64,000 bases of DNA from an uncultured Bacteroidia bacterium (GCA_902800045.1 CADCCZ010000006.1:66174-130173); one strand, 5' to 3'. Shown: positions 37,877-47,660, numbered from the stretch's first letter. A program made the numbers and translations. Notes: generated from the sequence alone by a model not told the origin.

Positions 37877-39130
37877 TCAACCCAAGAAATATGCTGCGTT
37901 TACAGCTGTTATTGAATCTGAAAAATGGTGAGTTAGGTTATCGTTGGAGATAAGGAACGAATGCAGAAGAGGCTTGTCAAGAAATTCTTGCAAGTTGCGT
38001 AAATGACGTGCATCTGTTGCCGACACATGTTCCGCCATCTTTATTTCGAAGGCAAAATAACCCTCTGGTAGCTCTACCAGCAAATCGACCTCCCTGCCAT
38101 CGTGAGTGCGAAGATGATAAAACGATGCCTGTATTAGCAAATTCTTGGTCTGCTTGTAGATTTCAGATACTACAAGACTCTCAAACTCATTGCCTGTCAT
38201 ACCACCTCGCTTACCAAGAACAGCTTGCACCACTCCCCAATCAACATAATGGATTTTAGGAGCTTTTACCAACCGCTTATTCAAGTTCTGTGACCATGCC
38301 GGCAAGGTAATGGTCTGATAACTAACATTCAGATATTCAATATACCTCTGAACAGTATTCACAGAAACTGCAATACCACTTGCAATCGAAGCATAATTCA
38401 CCAATTGAGCCGTCTGAGCCGCCAATGCCTTTTGCAACTTTGTGAAAGGCTCTAAATCGCGTAGCATAGCCAGGTCTTGAATATCTCTCTCAAGATATGT
38501 TCGTATATAGTTATGAAGCCATAAATAGCGCTGCTCGTCGCTCATCGACTCGTCAACTAATGCAGGATACCCTCCGAATTGCATGTAGTAGTTCCACCAT
38601 TTGGAAATTTCTGCCATTTGCGGATGAAAGAGAAACGATGGCAAAATATCAAGACTTACTGTTGGGTTACGCAAAATGGTTTGCCATATAGAATCAGTAA
38701 CCTCATCGCCCATTGATGAAGTTTGCATTTCTCTCAATGTCAATGGATACATATCAATAATCACACATCGCCCCGCAAGGCTCTCGTTAACCTTTTTGAG
38801 CAAAAGGATCTGGCTTGAGCCTAATAGGATGTAACGCACATCTAGAAACTGGTCGTAGGTGGCCTTTATGCTCTCAATCAAAGATGGTTCTTTCTGAATT
38901 TCATCGAGCGCTGCTTTCGGATATAGCGAATGCCACTGCTCTGCAGTAATGTTCGAAAACTGCCCGACCTTTACGGGGTCTTCTATTGATAAATAGCGGT
39001 ATTCGGGTAAACATTGCTGCACTAACATAGTTTTCCCTACCTGCCTTGCTCCTGTCAGTACGAGTATTCTTCCTATTTTTTTATCCTTCAGCGAACCAAT
39101 AACTTGCAATATTTTTCGTGCCTTCTCCAT
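37877..39130 (-). CDS. Orphan ATPase-nuclease fusion (AAA_14 + DUF4143-type)
   Basis: Walker A TGARQVGKTML, Walker B-like YLSIEDP/LDEIQ, and C-terminal EVDLLVE...FAFEIK (D...ExK). Its stop lies 1 nt from the next gene's start. Confidence 0.75.
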   Translation of the reverse strand: MEKARKILQVIGSLKDKKIGRILVLTGARQVGKTMLVQQCLPEYRYLSIEDPVKVGQFSNITAEQWHSLYPKAALDEIQKEPSLIESIKATYDQFLDVRYILLGSSQILLLKKVNESLAGRCVIIDMYPLTLREMQTSSMGDEVTDSIWQTILRNPTVSLDILPSFLFHPQMAEISKWWNYYMQFGGYPALVDESMSDEQRYLWLHNYIRTYLERDIQDLAMLRDLEPFTKLQKALAAQTAQLVNYASIASGIAVSVNTVQRYIEYLNVSYQTITLPAWSQNLNKRLVKAPKIHYVDWGVVQAVLGKRGGMTGNEFESLVVSEIYKQTKNLLIQASFYHLRTHDGREVDLLVELPEGYFAFEIKMAEHVSATDARHLRNLQEFLDKPLLHSFLISNDNLTHHFSDSITAVNAAYFLG

Positions 39131-39147
39131 CGTTCCAAAATTTTCCG

Positions 39148-39155
39148 CAAATATA
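39148..39155 (-). promoter_or_regulatory. -7 promoter box (TATATTTG on minus strand)
   Basis: Plus-strand caaatata lies 18 nt upstream of the 39130 ATG. The upstream region carries ATTTTGGCGTAAT x2 (about 39179-39224) and its inverted copy ATTTTACGCCAAT (39244-39256). Confidence 0.4.
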
Positions 39156-39304
39156 ATCGTTTAAATAATTCTACAACATATTTTGGCGTAATATTTCACA
39201 TCACATATAAGATTTTGGCGTAATTTATCACATATCGTGTGAGATTTTACGCCAATTTCTACACACCACTTCCAACCTTTACGCAAAAAAACAGGAATAA
39301 AAGA

Positions 39305-40441
39305 CTACGAATTTGAACCTTGATAAAAATCTAACAGACTGTCAACGTACGGCTTAATATCAAATTGACGAGCGAACTCCTGTGCAAAAGCCGACATCTG
39401 ATTATATTTCTGTTTGTCGTTCCAAATTTCGAGAATCCTATCCGCAAACTGCTCGGCATCCTGTTCATACACCATATAACCATTTTTTCCTTGTACAATC
39501 AAGTCACGATTGCCACGTCCATCGAGAGTGACAACAGGGAGGCCAGACGCCATGGCTTCGATAATAGTTAATCCTAAAGCTTCTGAAAGCGAAGAATGAA
39601 CATAGATATTATTTATGGAATACATTCTCTCTACATCTTCAACTAGACCTGGCATCTTTAAATATGGTAATAAACCATATCTTTCCGCCACCGACATAAT
39701 CTTATTGCCATTATTTCTCCAATCTCCTACCAAAGTAAGAATTGCATCATTTCCACGGCTTCTAAGGTTTTTCAACACATCAATCAAAAATATTTGATTT
39801 TTATTGTCTGACATGTGAGCCACCATTATCAAATTTAACGGGCCTGAACAATCAAGATTTCTTTCACAATAAAATTTATGATAGTCTATCGCATTGGGTA
39901 AAGTATATATATTTTTAACCAAAGTCTTAGGCAAAGCTCTTTTGTAAAACCTTTCAGTATCACCTGATATCGCAATAAACTTATTGTTACATCTCTTATA
40001 TTTTGCAACAATCCTACATTTCTCCCAAAACTTAGTCAACTTAGCTTTATTAAAAAAAGTTCCGACTGTAAAATTCCTAAATTCTGGCATATTATTATGA
40101 GCATGAGTAAAATACCTTACATTAGGAAATAAATGTTCCCTGCTCACCAATTCAGACTTATATGTATGCGAATGGATGACGTCCGGACAATATTCTTTAA
40201 CTATATTATCAAACTCAGCAACATCAATATTTGAATGACCAAATATGGACAGATTTACCTTTGAATTACAATACACAATATCCAACCCCTGCGACAACTC
40301 TACATATTCATTTTTCCTTTCAAGCGCCACAATCTTATTTTGCACTTCAGGATGATATTTCCTCAAAGCCTGAGATATTTCCAAAACAAGCCTTTCCGCA
40401 CCACCCTTACCTAAACTCTGAACAACTTGTAGTATTTTCAT
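39305..40441 (-). CDS. Glycosyltransferase family 4 (GT-B)
   Basis: MKILQVVQSLGKGGAERLV N-terminus; HSSLSEALGLTIIEAMASGLPVVTLDGRGN (E-x7-E). Confidence 0.75.
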   Translation of the reverse strand: MKILQVVQSLGKGGAERLVLEISQALRKYHPEVQNKIVALERKNEYVELSQGLDIVYCNSKVNLSIFGHSNIDVAEFDNIVKEYCPDVIHSHTYKSELVSREHLFPNVRYFTHAHNNMPEFRNFTVGTFFNKAKLTKFWEKCRIVAKYKRCNNKFIAISGDTERFYKRALPKTLVKNIYTLPNAIDYHKFYCERNLDCSGPLNLIMVAHMSDNKNQIFLIDVLKNLRSRGNDAILTLVGDWRNNGNKIMSVAERYGLLPYLKMPGLVEDVERMYSINNIYVHSSLSEALGLTIIEAMASGLPVVTLDGRGNRDLIVQGKNGYMVYEQDAEQFADRILEIWNDKQKYNQMSAFAQEFARQFDIKPYVDSLLDFYQGSNS

Positions 40442-41361
40442 AAATCAAAAGCGTTTCTATCGATTCCATTAAAAACCATTTTTGAACAATCAAGATTGGA
40501 ATTAATCTGATATGCATACACAGGCAAAGTTGGTTTCGCCTCATAATCACTACTCAACAAAGAATATAACATTGAACCAGAATAGCAATAATAGGAGATT
40601 CTATGTATTCCCCTTTTTTGACAAAATGATTCCAAATGCTGTATCTCCTGTTCTAGTTCTTTTTTTGTTGTAACTTCGGAAAACAAAACAACAAGTCCGT
40701 CAGAAAATGTCCAAATTATAGCCTTGTCATTGTACAAATGACAAGAATATTTGCCATAAGTTTTATAATCTAAATAATCAGAATCCACGTATACCCCTAT
40801 TTTATCATTTTCTGTAATTTCTTTATTCTTAATTTTTGAAATAAACGCATTGCTAGAAACCCTTCTTAATATGTTAAAATACAAATCGTTCAAATGCATC
40901 TTATTTAACAACTTCAGCAATGGCATAGTCTTTACTTTGAACGAAAAACTATAAAAGGTACCTATATGCCGCCAATCATCCAACTTTTCATATATCTTAC
41001 TGGCCTTTTTATTAGGGAATACAACTATAGCATCAATATTATTTCCAATTGCTTCTTTTTCTATTCCCATAATCATTTCTGTCGCCAATCCCTTATTCCT
41101 GTAATTCTCATCAACAACCAAATCACCACACTGTGCTACTTTATAATTGCAAGAAACACTATTAAACTTATATATAGTAGTACATCTTAATGCTATAGGA
41201 ATATCTCCGTCCATTGCAATTATACCAAGCAATGGCATTCCAGACCACTCTGTACTATATTTTTTTTTGAAAAAATTTAGAGGCAGATTCCTTTTTCTAC
41301 ACCTATTAAAACAATCTCGGACAAGATTGATATTTGTTGTATTTAATAATTCAAATTCCAT
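40438..41361 (-). CDS. GNAT-family acyltransferase-like protein
   Basis: VVDENYRNKGLATEMI (acetyl-CoA binding Q/RxxGxG/A-like). ATGA overlap with the downstream GT4. Confidence 0.45.
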   Translation of the reverse strand: MEFELLNTTNINLVRDCFNRCRKRNLPLNFFKKKYSTEWSGMPLLGIIAMDGDIPIALRCTTIYKFNSVSCNYKVAQCGDLVVDENYRNKGLATEMIMGIEKEAIGNNIDAIVVFPNKKASKIYEKLDDWRHIGTFYSFSFKVKTMPLLKLLNKMHLNDLYFNILRRVSSNAFISKIKNKEITENDKIGVYVDSDYLDYKTYGKYSCHLYNDKAIIWTFSDGLVVLFSEVTTKKELEQEIQHLESFCQKRGIHRISYYCYSGSMLYSLLSSDYEAKPTLPVYAYQINSNLDCSKMVFNGIDRNAFDL

Positions 41362-41474
41362 TCTAAAATCTATTATATTCTGTTGCAGATATCGATGCTA
41401 AGCCTTTCGGCTCCGCCTTTGTTCAATCTGGGAATTATATGAAGAATACGCATTACTCTTATTTATAAACGCAA

Positions 41475-42647
41475 TTACTCAAAAATATCATATAATGACA
41501 GCAACAAATCACCTAGATTTACGACATCAACATTTTCATGTATTTCGTATTTTCTTTCTACAGGAGCGACTACAAATGTTCTATCAGGTCTTATTATATC
41601 GACTGCATTCCAAAAGCCCTGAGCAATTTGCGGAGCAGTTGATGCCTTGCATTCTATAGCTACGACTCTGCCATTTTTCTGCACGATCAAGTCCATTTCT
41701 TCACCAGTGGCACTTCTAAAAAAGGAAAATTCTGCATTCAGCACCGATGAGCAGACATTCTCTACGACAAGTCCTTCCCATGATGCTCCGAACACAGGAT
41801 GACCAAGCAAATCGTTGAAAGTTCTGATTTGCAACAACTGATGAAGCAAACCGGTATCCCGAACATATATCTTGGGTGATTTTACTATTCTTTTCTTTGT
41901 ATTCGCAAAAAAAGGAGGCAACGAACGAATCAAATAAGTTTGTTCCAAAACATCTACATAACGTTTGACTGTTGGATGTGTAATCCCAAGCGACTCTCCG
42001 AGTTTAGAGCTATTCAGAAGCTGACCATGATTGTGTGCAATCATCAGCATAAGACGAAGCATTTGCCTCGAAGTAATTTGAAATCCAAACTGTGGGATAT
42101 CGCGTTCTATGTATGTACGAATGAAACTTTCGCGCCACAACGAACTATACTCATCGTTTTCCGACAGATAACTATCGGGGTATCCTCCTCGCAACCAAAA
42201 TCTATTAATGTCAAAGTCGCTACTACCATATAATTCTTCATAGGTAAAAGGAGTCATATCAATCAAGCCTATCCTACCCGCTAAAGTTTCTGATGTATTT
42301 TGCAGCAATTCGCGAGAAGCCGACCCAAGCAATATAAATCTTCCATTTCGCCTGTCCCTATCGATTTCACTTCTCAGCACCGAGAACAATTCTGGCACTT
42401 GTTGTATTTCATCCAAACAGACAATCTTGTCGGCATTATTCCTGAAAAATAAAGTCGGTTCCGACAACATTGCATAGTCATCCCGATTCTGCAGATCAAG
42501 ATATAGCATCTCTGGCAACTCTTCAGACATCATCCTTATCAATGTGCTTTTTCCACATTGTCTTGATCCCAATATTACCACCGCTGGAAATACATTAAGG
42601 TATTCTTTTACAACATCTTGAACTCTTCTTGATATTAATTTTTGCAT
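41475..42647 (-). CDS. Orphan ATPase-nuclease fusion (AAA_14 + DUF4143-type), paralog of 37877-39130
   Basis: Walker A LGSRQCGKSTLI, CLDEIQ, and C-terminal EEMDLIVQKNGRVVAIECK (D...ExK). The start was set at the ATG at 42647. A -7 box TATTTTTG (plus-strand caaaaata, 42672-42679) lies 25 nt upstream. Confidence 0.75.
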   Translation of the reverse strand: MQKLISRRVQDVVKEYLNVFPAVVILGSRQCGKSTLIRMMSEELPEMLYLDLQNRDDYAMLSEPTLFFRNNADKIVCLDEIQQVPELFSVLRSEIDRDRRNGRFILLGSASRELLQNTSETLAGRIGLIDMTPFTYEELYGSSDFDINRFWLRGGYPDSYLSENDEYSSLWRESFIRTYIERDIPQFGFQITSRQMLRLMLMIAHNHGQLLNSSKLGESLGITHPTVKRYVDVLEQTYLIRSLPPFFANTKKRIVKSPKIYVRDTGLLHQLLQIRTFNDLLGHPVFGASWEGLVVENVCSSVLNAEFSFFRSATGEEMDLIVQKNGRVVAIECKASTAPQIAQGFWNAVDIIRPDRTFVVAPVERKYEIHENVDVVNLGDLLLSLYDIFE

Positions 42648-42867
42648 TTTGTAAATCTGATTTTCAATTTGCAAAAATACAACTTAAATCATTATAACAC
42701 ACATATATTAAAAATTATTTTTCTCGCTTGGTGTTAATTTTTAATTGGGGGAAAATGACATAGCAAGATTTTTTAACTAAATACTCGTATAACATTCCAA
42801 ATTTAATCACCGTTAAAATAACGGCGGCTATTTTTAGAGAAGACCCAATGTATTAATATAATATACT

Positions 42868-43425
42868 TTATTCAACAAATCCACATCCATATTTTTTTAC
42901 TACTTCTATTTGTTCTTGCTTCTTTTCTTCTGAAATATTTTTCTTAATGGTATATCGTTCATCAAAACAATTATCTTTATTCATTTTCTGTCTAACTTTT
43001 TCGTAATATTCTTCAGTAGAACAAATAAATCTTGCCGGATTGCCTGCCACTACAGTATTGGAAGGAATATCCTTAGTAACGACACTTCCTGCACCGACAA
43101 TAGAACCTGCACCGATTGTAACTCCTGGCAAAATAATGCTATTTGCCCCAACAAACACATCATCGCCAATGGTTGTCACACCCAATTTGGCATACCCCAA
43201 TTCTCTTTTTGTACTTGCATCATGCGCCAAGATATGGACTCGAGGTGCAATGGTTACATTTTTACCTATCTCTATAAGCCAATAGTGCGAATAGTCAATA
43301 ATAACATCACCTTGAATTTTAGTGCCTTCACCTATTTTCACTCCCATCCGACGAAATTTTGTTACCTCATCAATTGGGAAAAAGAAACGATATATTTTCG
43401 ACAATAACAATCTGAACCTATTCAT
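42868..43425 (-). CDS. Left-handed beta-helix (hexapeptide repeat) O-acetyltransferase
   Basis: Hexapeptide repeats IGDDVFVGANSIILPGVTIGAGSIVGAGSVVTKDIPSNTVVAGNPAR. Confidence 0.8.
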   Translation of the reverse strand: MNRFRLLLSKIYRFFFPIDEVTKFRRMGVKIGEGTKIQGDVIIDYSHYWLIEIGKNVTIAPRVHILAHDASTKRELGYAKLGVTTIGDDVFVGANSIILPGVTIGAGSIVGAGSVVTKDIPSNTVVAGNPARFICSTEEYYEKVRQKMNKDNCFDERYTIKKNISEEKKQEQIEVVKKYGCGFVE

Positions 43426-44326
43426 CTGAAAGTAATTCTTTTAATTTCTGCTTCCTGCAAAAATACGAAAATAAAATATTCAACTTGTATTTTGTATTTT
43501 CTTGTAACGAGTTAACGATCAAGGATTTTAACAAATACTTTATCCCGACTAGATTCCTATTAATCAAATGATCACGTGATGCATTAAACAATACGGCAGA
43601 ACGCAACCATTTTTTTTGCTTACCAGAGACCTTATTGGCAGGGTGTCCTTTCGAAAACATAACTTTCAATGTTTTCAACTGTTTTTCACTTGCCTTTGAA
43701 TGCATTGCCACCGACCTCCCTTCGTGTTCCACTTCAACCACCGTTGCCTGATTGGGTACATAAACCAAAGGGTACTCATCCGTTATCCTAAACAACAATT
43801 CCATATCCTCGCCAATAGACAATAGCGGATTGAACTGATGCTTGCGAAGAATTTCTGCCGAGCAACATATTTGCGGTGTGGCAATTATATCCTGTATCAA
43901 CAAGTTAACATCCATAGGGAACGGATACGAATGTCCTTCTTTTATATTAACGCATCCTGTCTGTTCGTTGAAGTACTCAATACCAGTAAAATAGCAAGCA
44001 ATATTACTTTCTTTCGCTATAAAAGCCGACAATTTTGCCAACCTGTCTGATTTCATATAATTGTCGCTATCCATAAAGCAGACATAATAACCATTTGCAC
44101 GAGCAATACCATTATTTCGGGCGGCACTGCGCTCGGCATTATCCTGATATATATATCGAATCCTTGAATCTGAATATTGAGCGACAACATCCTTGGTGTT
44201 GTCGGTACTGCCATCGTCAACAATTATGAGTTCCCAATCGGTATACGTCTGCGCCAATACCGATTCTATCGCTTTTGGTAGAAAGACGGCACGGTTGTAG
44301 GTTGGTATGATGATGGAAAATTTCAT
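43418..44326 (-). CDS. Glycosyltransferase family 2
   Basis: MKFSIIIPTYNRAVFL...WELIIVDDGSTDNT, FMDSDN. Confidence 0.8.
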   Translation of the reverse strand: MKFSIIIPTYNRAVFLPKAIESVLAQTYTDWELIIVDDGSTDNTKDVVAQYSDSRIRYIYQDNAERSAARNNGIARANGYYVCFMDSDNYMKSDRLAKLSAFIAKESNIACYFTGIEYFNEQTGCVNIKEGHSYPFPMDVNLLIQDIIATPQICCSAEILRKHQFNPLLSIGEDMELLFRITDEYPLVYVPNQATVVEVEHEGRSVAMHSKASEKQLKTLKVMFSKGHPANKVSGKQKKWLRSAVLFNASRDHLINRNLVGIKYLLKSLIVNSLQENTKYKLNILFSYFCRKQKLKELLSDE

Positions 44327-44329
44327 TTT

Positions 44330-45970
44330 CTATTCTTTTATTTGCCAGTGACCACCCTTTGCTGATCCAATATAAGAAATAATATCGCTCATACTCACAA
44401 TATCTCTTTCTATAGTCTTTATACTCACACCTAACTTGTCGGCCAATTGAGCTCTACTTATATATGGATTTCCCTTTATATAGCCTAAAATAGCTGCATG
44501 TCGATTGTTTTGAGCGACATTTTGAGAGACATTTTGGGCGACATTTTGAGAGACATCACCCGCCAAAATATTTCTACCTACACTCCAATGTCCGCCCTTT
44601 GCCGAGCCTTCATAACGAATTAAATCACCCATTTCTGCAATATCTCTTTCAACAGTCTTCAAACTAACACCCAACTTCTTAGCAATTTGTGACCGACTTA
44701 TTTGAGGATTCTCTTTTATACATTCGATAATTGCGACATGCCTGTCGTTTTGAACGACATTCTGAGAGACATTTTGAGCGACATCTTCTAAACTTTTTTC
44801 TCCTCGATAAAATGTAATAGCAAAATTATTGTTCTGAGCAGAGAATTCTGGTACTTTCGCACCATTTTCAGCACATACTTCAGTCATTCGCCGAACTCCA
44901 GAACCCCAGCTCTCAATAAATGTTGTTCGATACAAGACTTGTGCTATCAGCAAATTATGTGGCGATGATGCATGAGGTTTCTTCAATTTTTCAATGGACA
45001 AATCGGGAGGGAGAGTTCCTGGGTTTATTATCTCAACCCTATCATCGTATATTGCTAGACTTACAGCAGCATGTATGTTGTTGTAATCTCGATGGCACAA
45101 TGCGTTAATCAACGCCTCGCGCAATGCCTCCTGAGGTATCTCCAGTGTTTCGACACGCCGTACACCAACGATTTTGCCGTGAAGATTCAGGTGCTTGAAA
45201 CAAAAATCCATGCCAGCATCCAGCAAATCGAAAAAATTGCCTGTCGCCTGCCGATTATCAATAAATTCATTTTTATCCAATCCTCTGAAGCGAGCCATTC
45301 GCAACAGAAGTTGAGGATAATATCGGCTTTCCTTTGCAAAAAGCATAACAGCGGCTTGCGAAAGTTTACCATTGTTGAGCAGATTGAATTTATTAAGCAA
45401 TGATATTACAGAATCACCCTCTGCTGACGCATTCAACCTACCACCAGCTACTCCCAAACGGACGGCATTTCTAATGCGCACTTCTTCCAAATCAGAAAAA
45501 TCGACTCCGTATGCATCTTGCACGTCCCAACCGAACAATTGCGGACGATTTGCTCGAATTCTTTCGTCATACATGTCGCGTGGCATGACCATAGTAGTGC
45601 TCTCTACCTTGTAATACGGACAACCGCGAAAAACAAATGGATGCTGCCCATTAACGAATGCATCGCAATTCAAAACAATCAACTTTTTACCAGAATTATC
45701 AGGCAAATCAATGTATTCTATTCTTATGTCTGCAACAGGCTCTATACCTTTTATGGCTTGGGCAAGTTCACGTTGCGTAGCATCGGAAACATCTTGACCA
45801 ACAATCTTTAACGATGGGGCGACACCAAAAACCAATTGTCCACCATCCGTATTCAGAAAAGCACATACAGTATGCATAGCATCCTTGAGTTCTCCTGTTG
45901 TTTTCTTCAACTCTAGCGTGTGACTCTCACCATTTTCAATCAGTTTTTCTATATCTTCGTATGTGCGCAT
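44330..45970 (-). CDS. AlbA_2/Schlafen-like + HATPase_c_4-type putative transcriptional regulator (often annotated RecG-like) with a tandemly duplicated C-terminal wHTH
   Basis: N-terminal ESHTLELKK...AFLNTDGGQLVFGV (AlbA_2) and central LREALINALCHRDY. There are two consecutive ~75-aa copies of QNV(A/S)QN...I...NP.ISR.Q.A.KLGVS.KT.ERDI....D.I.Y.GSAKGGHW. Confidence 0.7.
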   Translation of the reverse strand: MRTYEDIEKLIENGESHTLELKKTTGELKDAMHTVCAFLNTDGGQLVFGVAPSLKIVGQDVSDATQRELAQAIKGIEPVADIRIEYIDLPDNSGKKLIVLNCDAFVNGQHPFVFRGCPYYKVESTTMVMPRDMYDERIRANRPQLFGWDVQDAYGVDFSDLEEVRIRNAVRLGVAGGRLNASAEGDSVISLLNKFNLLNNGKLSQAAVMLFAKESRYYPQLLLRMARFRGLDKNEFIDNRQATGNFFDLLDAGMDFCFKHLNLHGKIVGVRRVETLEIPQEALREALINALCHRDYNNIHAAVSLAIYDDRVEIINPGTLPPDLSIEKLKKPHASSPHNLLIAQVLYRTTFIESWGSGVRRMTEVCAENGAKVPEFSAQNNNFAITFYRGEKSLEDVAQNVSQNVVQNDRHVAIIECIKENPQISRSQIAKKLGVSLKTVERDIAEMGDLIRYEGSAKGGHWSVGRNILAGDVSQNVAQNVSQNVAQNNRHAAILGYIKGNPYISRAQLADKLGVSIKTIERDIVSMSDIISYIGSAKGGHWQIKE

Positions 45971-46063
45971 TTATCCAAATAATTGTCTGCAACAAAAATA
46001 CTAAAATATTTCATCATACAACATTCACAGCACAATTGCAAATCAGGATGATGATGGAAAATT

Positions 46064-47059
46064 TCATTTTCTGTTATATCGTTGAGTTCTTGTTTCTACA
46101 ATACGAAGATATGATCGCTTCATCTTGTCGTTAAGGAAAGAGTTGGCTATCAAAACTTTAGTCGCGTCAGGGACAGCAGAGAACACATCCATTATCTTTG
46201 CTATTCTAACAGGTCTCAATCCTATCAACTCGCCAAATCGCTCAAAGTCGGAACGGCAAGGATGACCTGTTTTTTCATATACATCGCTCCTCGGCATTGT
46301 AAGCGACAAGCCGCCATGCAATCCGAAATCATCGCCATCAATATGAATGCTTGTATTCAGTAAATCGTAAGCCGGAGCAAGAGCATAACCCACATCGGTT
46401 CTTATTATCGAAAAATTCTTCAGATGGGCATCTCCATTTCCGTATATATAGTTGAAAACAACCAACTTGAAAAACTGTTCCATAGAGACCATCCATGCCG
46501 GCATATAGCGCTTTATTGCATTGGCTATATCCTCGTAACTGCCGTCGTACTTATAATTTACTCCGCCATCAGCACGTGTTCTGCCTAACAACGATGCGAA
46601 ATCCTCCATTTCGCATTTTTCGCCGCCAAGAGTGATATCAAAACGCTTGGTAATGTAAATTGCCTCACCTTTTGGAAAGAAACACAATCCGTTTTCGGCT
46701 GTAGGTATCCCATAAACCTGGCGGGCAATCTGCATTGTAAGATGCTCGTTTGCCGGTATTTGTTTACGCGTCTCGATAGTCTCGTCCCAAGGTGCAGGTT
46801 TCAAAATGTATTTTGACCGGTCACCTTCAGCTGACAAACGGATCCTACCATTTTCTGCAACTGCGGGAAATTTCTCCTGTACTCCCGAAATTGAGATTCT
46901 ACGCATAGCGCTCTGCAAATCGGGCGAATTGCGGAACGAATCGATCCCGAAGGTGAGTTCGTGCGATATGCGCAAGCCATCAAAGAGGTGACGAATAGCA
47001 ACAGGGCTATAGGTAGCAAATCCTTGAGCAAGTGTCGATGGACAAACATTTACATTCAT
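46064..47059 (-). CDS. HipA-C-terminal-domain Ser/Thr kinase toxin (HipT-like, lacks HipA N-terminal subdomain)
   Basis: ISGVQEKF, YILKP, ITKRFD, MEDFASLLG, YGNGDAHLKNFSII (catalytic loop), APAYDLLNT. Confidence 0.8.
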   Translation of the reverse strand: MNVNVCPSTLAQGFATYSPVAIRHLFDGLRISHELTFGIDSFRNSPDLQSAMRRISISGVQEKFPAVAENGRIRLSAEGDRSKYILKPAPWDETIETRKQIPANEHLTMQIARQVYGIPTAENGLCFFPKGEAIYITKRFDITLGGEKCEMEDFASLLGRTRADGGVNYKYDGSYEDIANAIKRYMPAWMVSMEQFFKLVVFNYIYGNGDAHLKNFSIIRTDVGYALAPAYDLLNTSIHIDGDDFGLHGGLSLTMPRSDVYEKTGHPCRSDFERFGELIGLRPVRIAKIMDVFSAVPDATKVLIANSFLNDKMKRSYLRIVETRTQRYNRK

Positions 47060-47379
47060 ATCTTGCTAACTGTTAGGGAACCGATAAAATCCAAACCACT
47101 AAAAGCACACAACAAGCCAAAATCATCGTCCTCATCGATTTTGTTGGCCCGACAGACTACGCTACGATTCATACCTTCGGGCAATAGATTTGCGAAAAAA
47201 GGGAACAACGTATCGGAATAATACTCAGACTCCGACAACGGAAGAGTTTTGGAAATTGCACCGAACTTCCCATCTAGAACATATTCTCTATCGTACGAAA
47301 ACCGATAGCCTTTGCCGACGACATCCTCTGTCAGCATTCCCGATTTTACTCCATGATTATATATATACAAGGCTCTCAT
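47056..47379 (-). CDS. HipA N-terminal-subdomain protein (HipS-like)
   Basis: 107 aa: YIYNHGVKSGML...YRFSYDREY...LPLSE..Y....LFPFFANLLPEG...D..GLLCAFSGLDFIGSL. ATGA overlap with the kinase gene. Confidence 0.75.
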   Translation of the reverse strand: MRALYIYNHGVKSGMLTEDVVGKGYRFSYDREYVLDGKFGAISKTLPLSESEYYSDTLFPFFANLLPEGMNRSVVCRANKIDEDDDFGLLCAFSGLDFIGSLTVSKI

Positions 47380-47384
47380 TTCTG

Positions 47385-47585
47385 CTATTCGGTATCACGT
47401 TCGACATATTTTATTTCCAGACCTAGCACTTCCAGCAATCGAGTAATTGTAGCAAGCGACGGATTCGACTTTCCTCGTTCGATATCTTTCACTGTAGCAA
47501 GCCCTACCTCCGCCATTTGGGCAAGATCTTCCTGCGATATTTTCAACGCCTTCCGCCGAGTTCTAATTGTTGCTTGCAAATCCAT
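47385..47585 (-). CDS. hipB: XRE-family HTH protein (HipB-like)
   Basis: IRTRRKALKISQEDLAQMAEVGLATVKDIERGKSNPSLATITRLLEVLGLE. The start was set at the ATG at 47585 because the track start is a TTG inside the promoter box. Confidence 0.7.
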   Translation of the reverse strand: MDLQATIRTRRKALKISQEDLAQMAEVGLATVKDIERGKSNPSLATITRLLEVLGLEIKYVERDTE

Positions 47586-47620
47586 AAAGTATGCTTTATT
47601 ATACTTTAGGTGCAAAGATA
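47586..47620 (-). promoter_or_regulatory. -7 box (TATCTTTG, plus-strand caaagata 47613-47620) and inverted repeat AAAGTAT-8 nt-ATACTTT (47586-47607); candidate HipB operator
   Basis: Both elements were read directly. The inverted repeat lies between the box and the ATG. Confidence 0.4.
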
Positions 47621-47660
47621 TAATATTCTATTAATATGAAGTAATAAAAAGTTTATTTTT

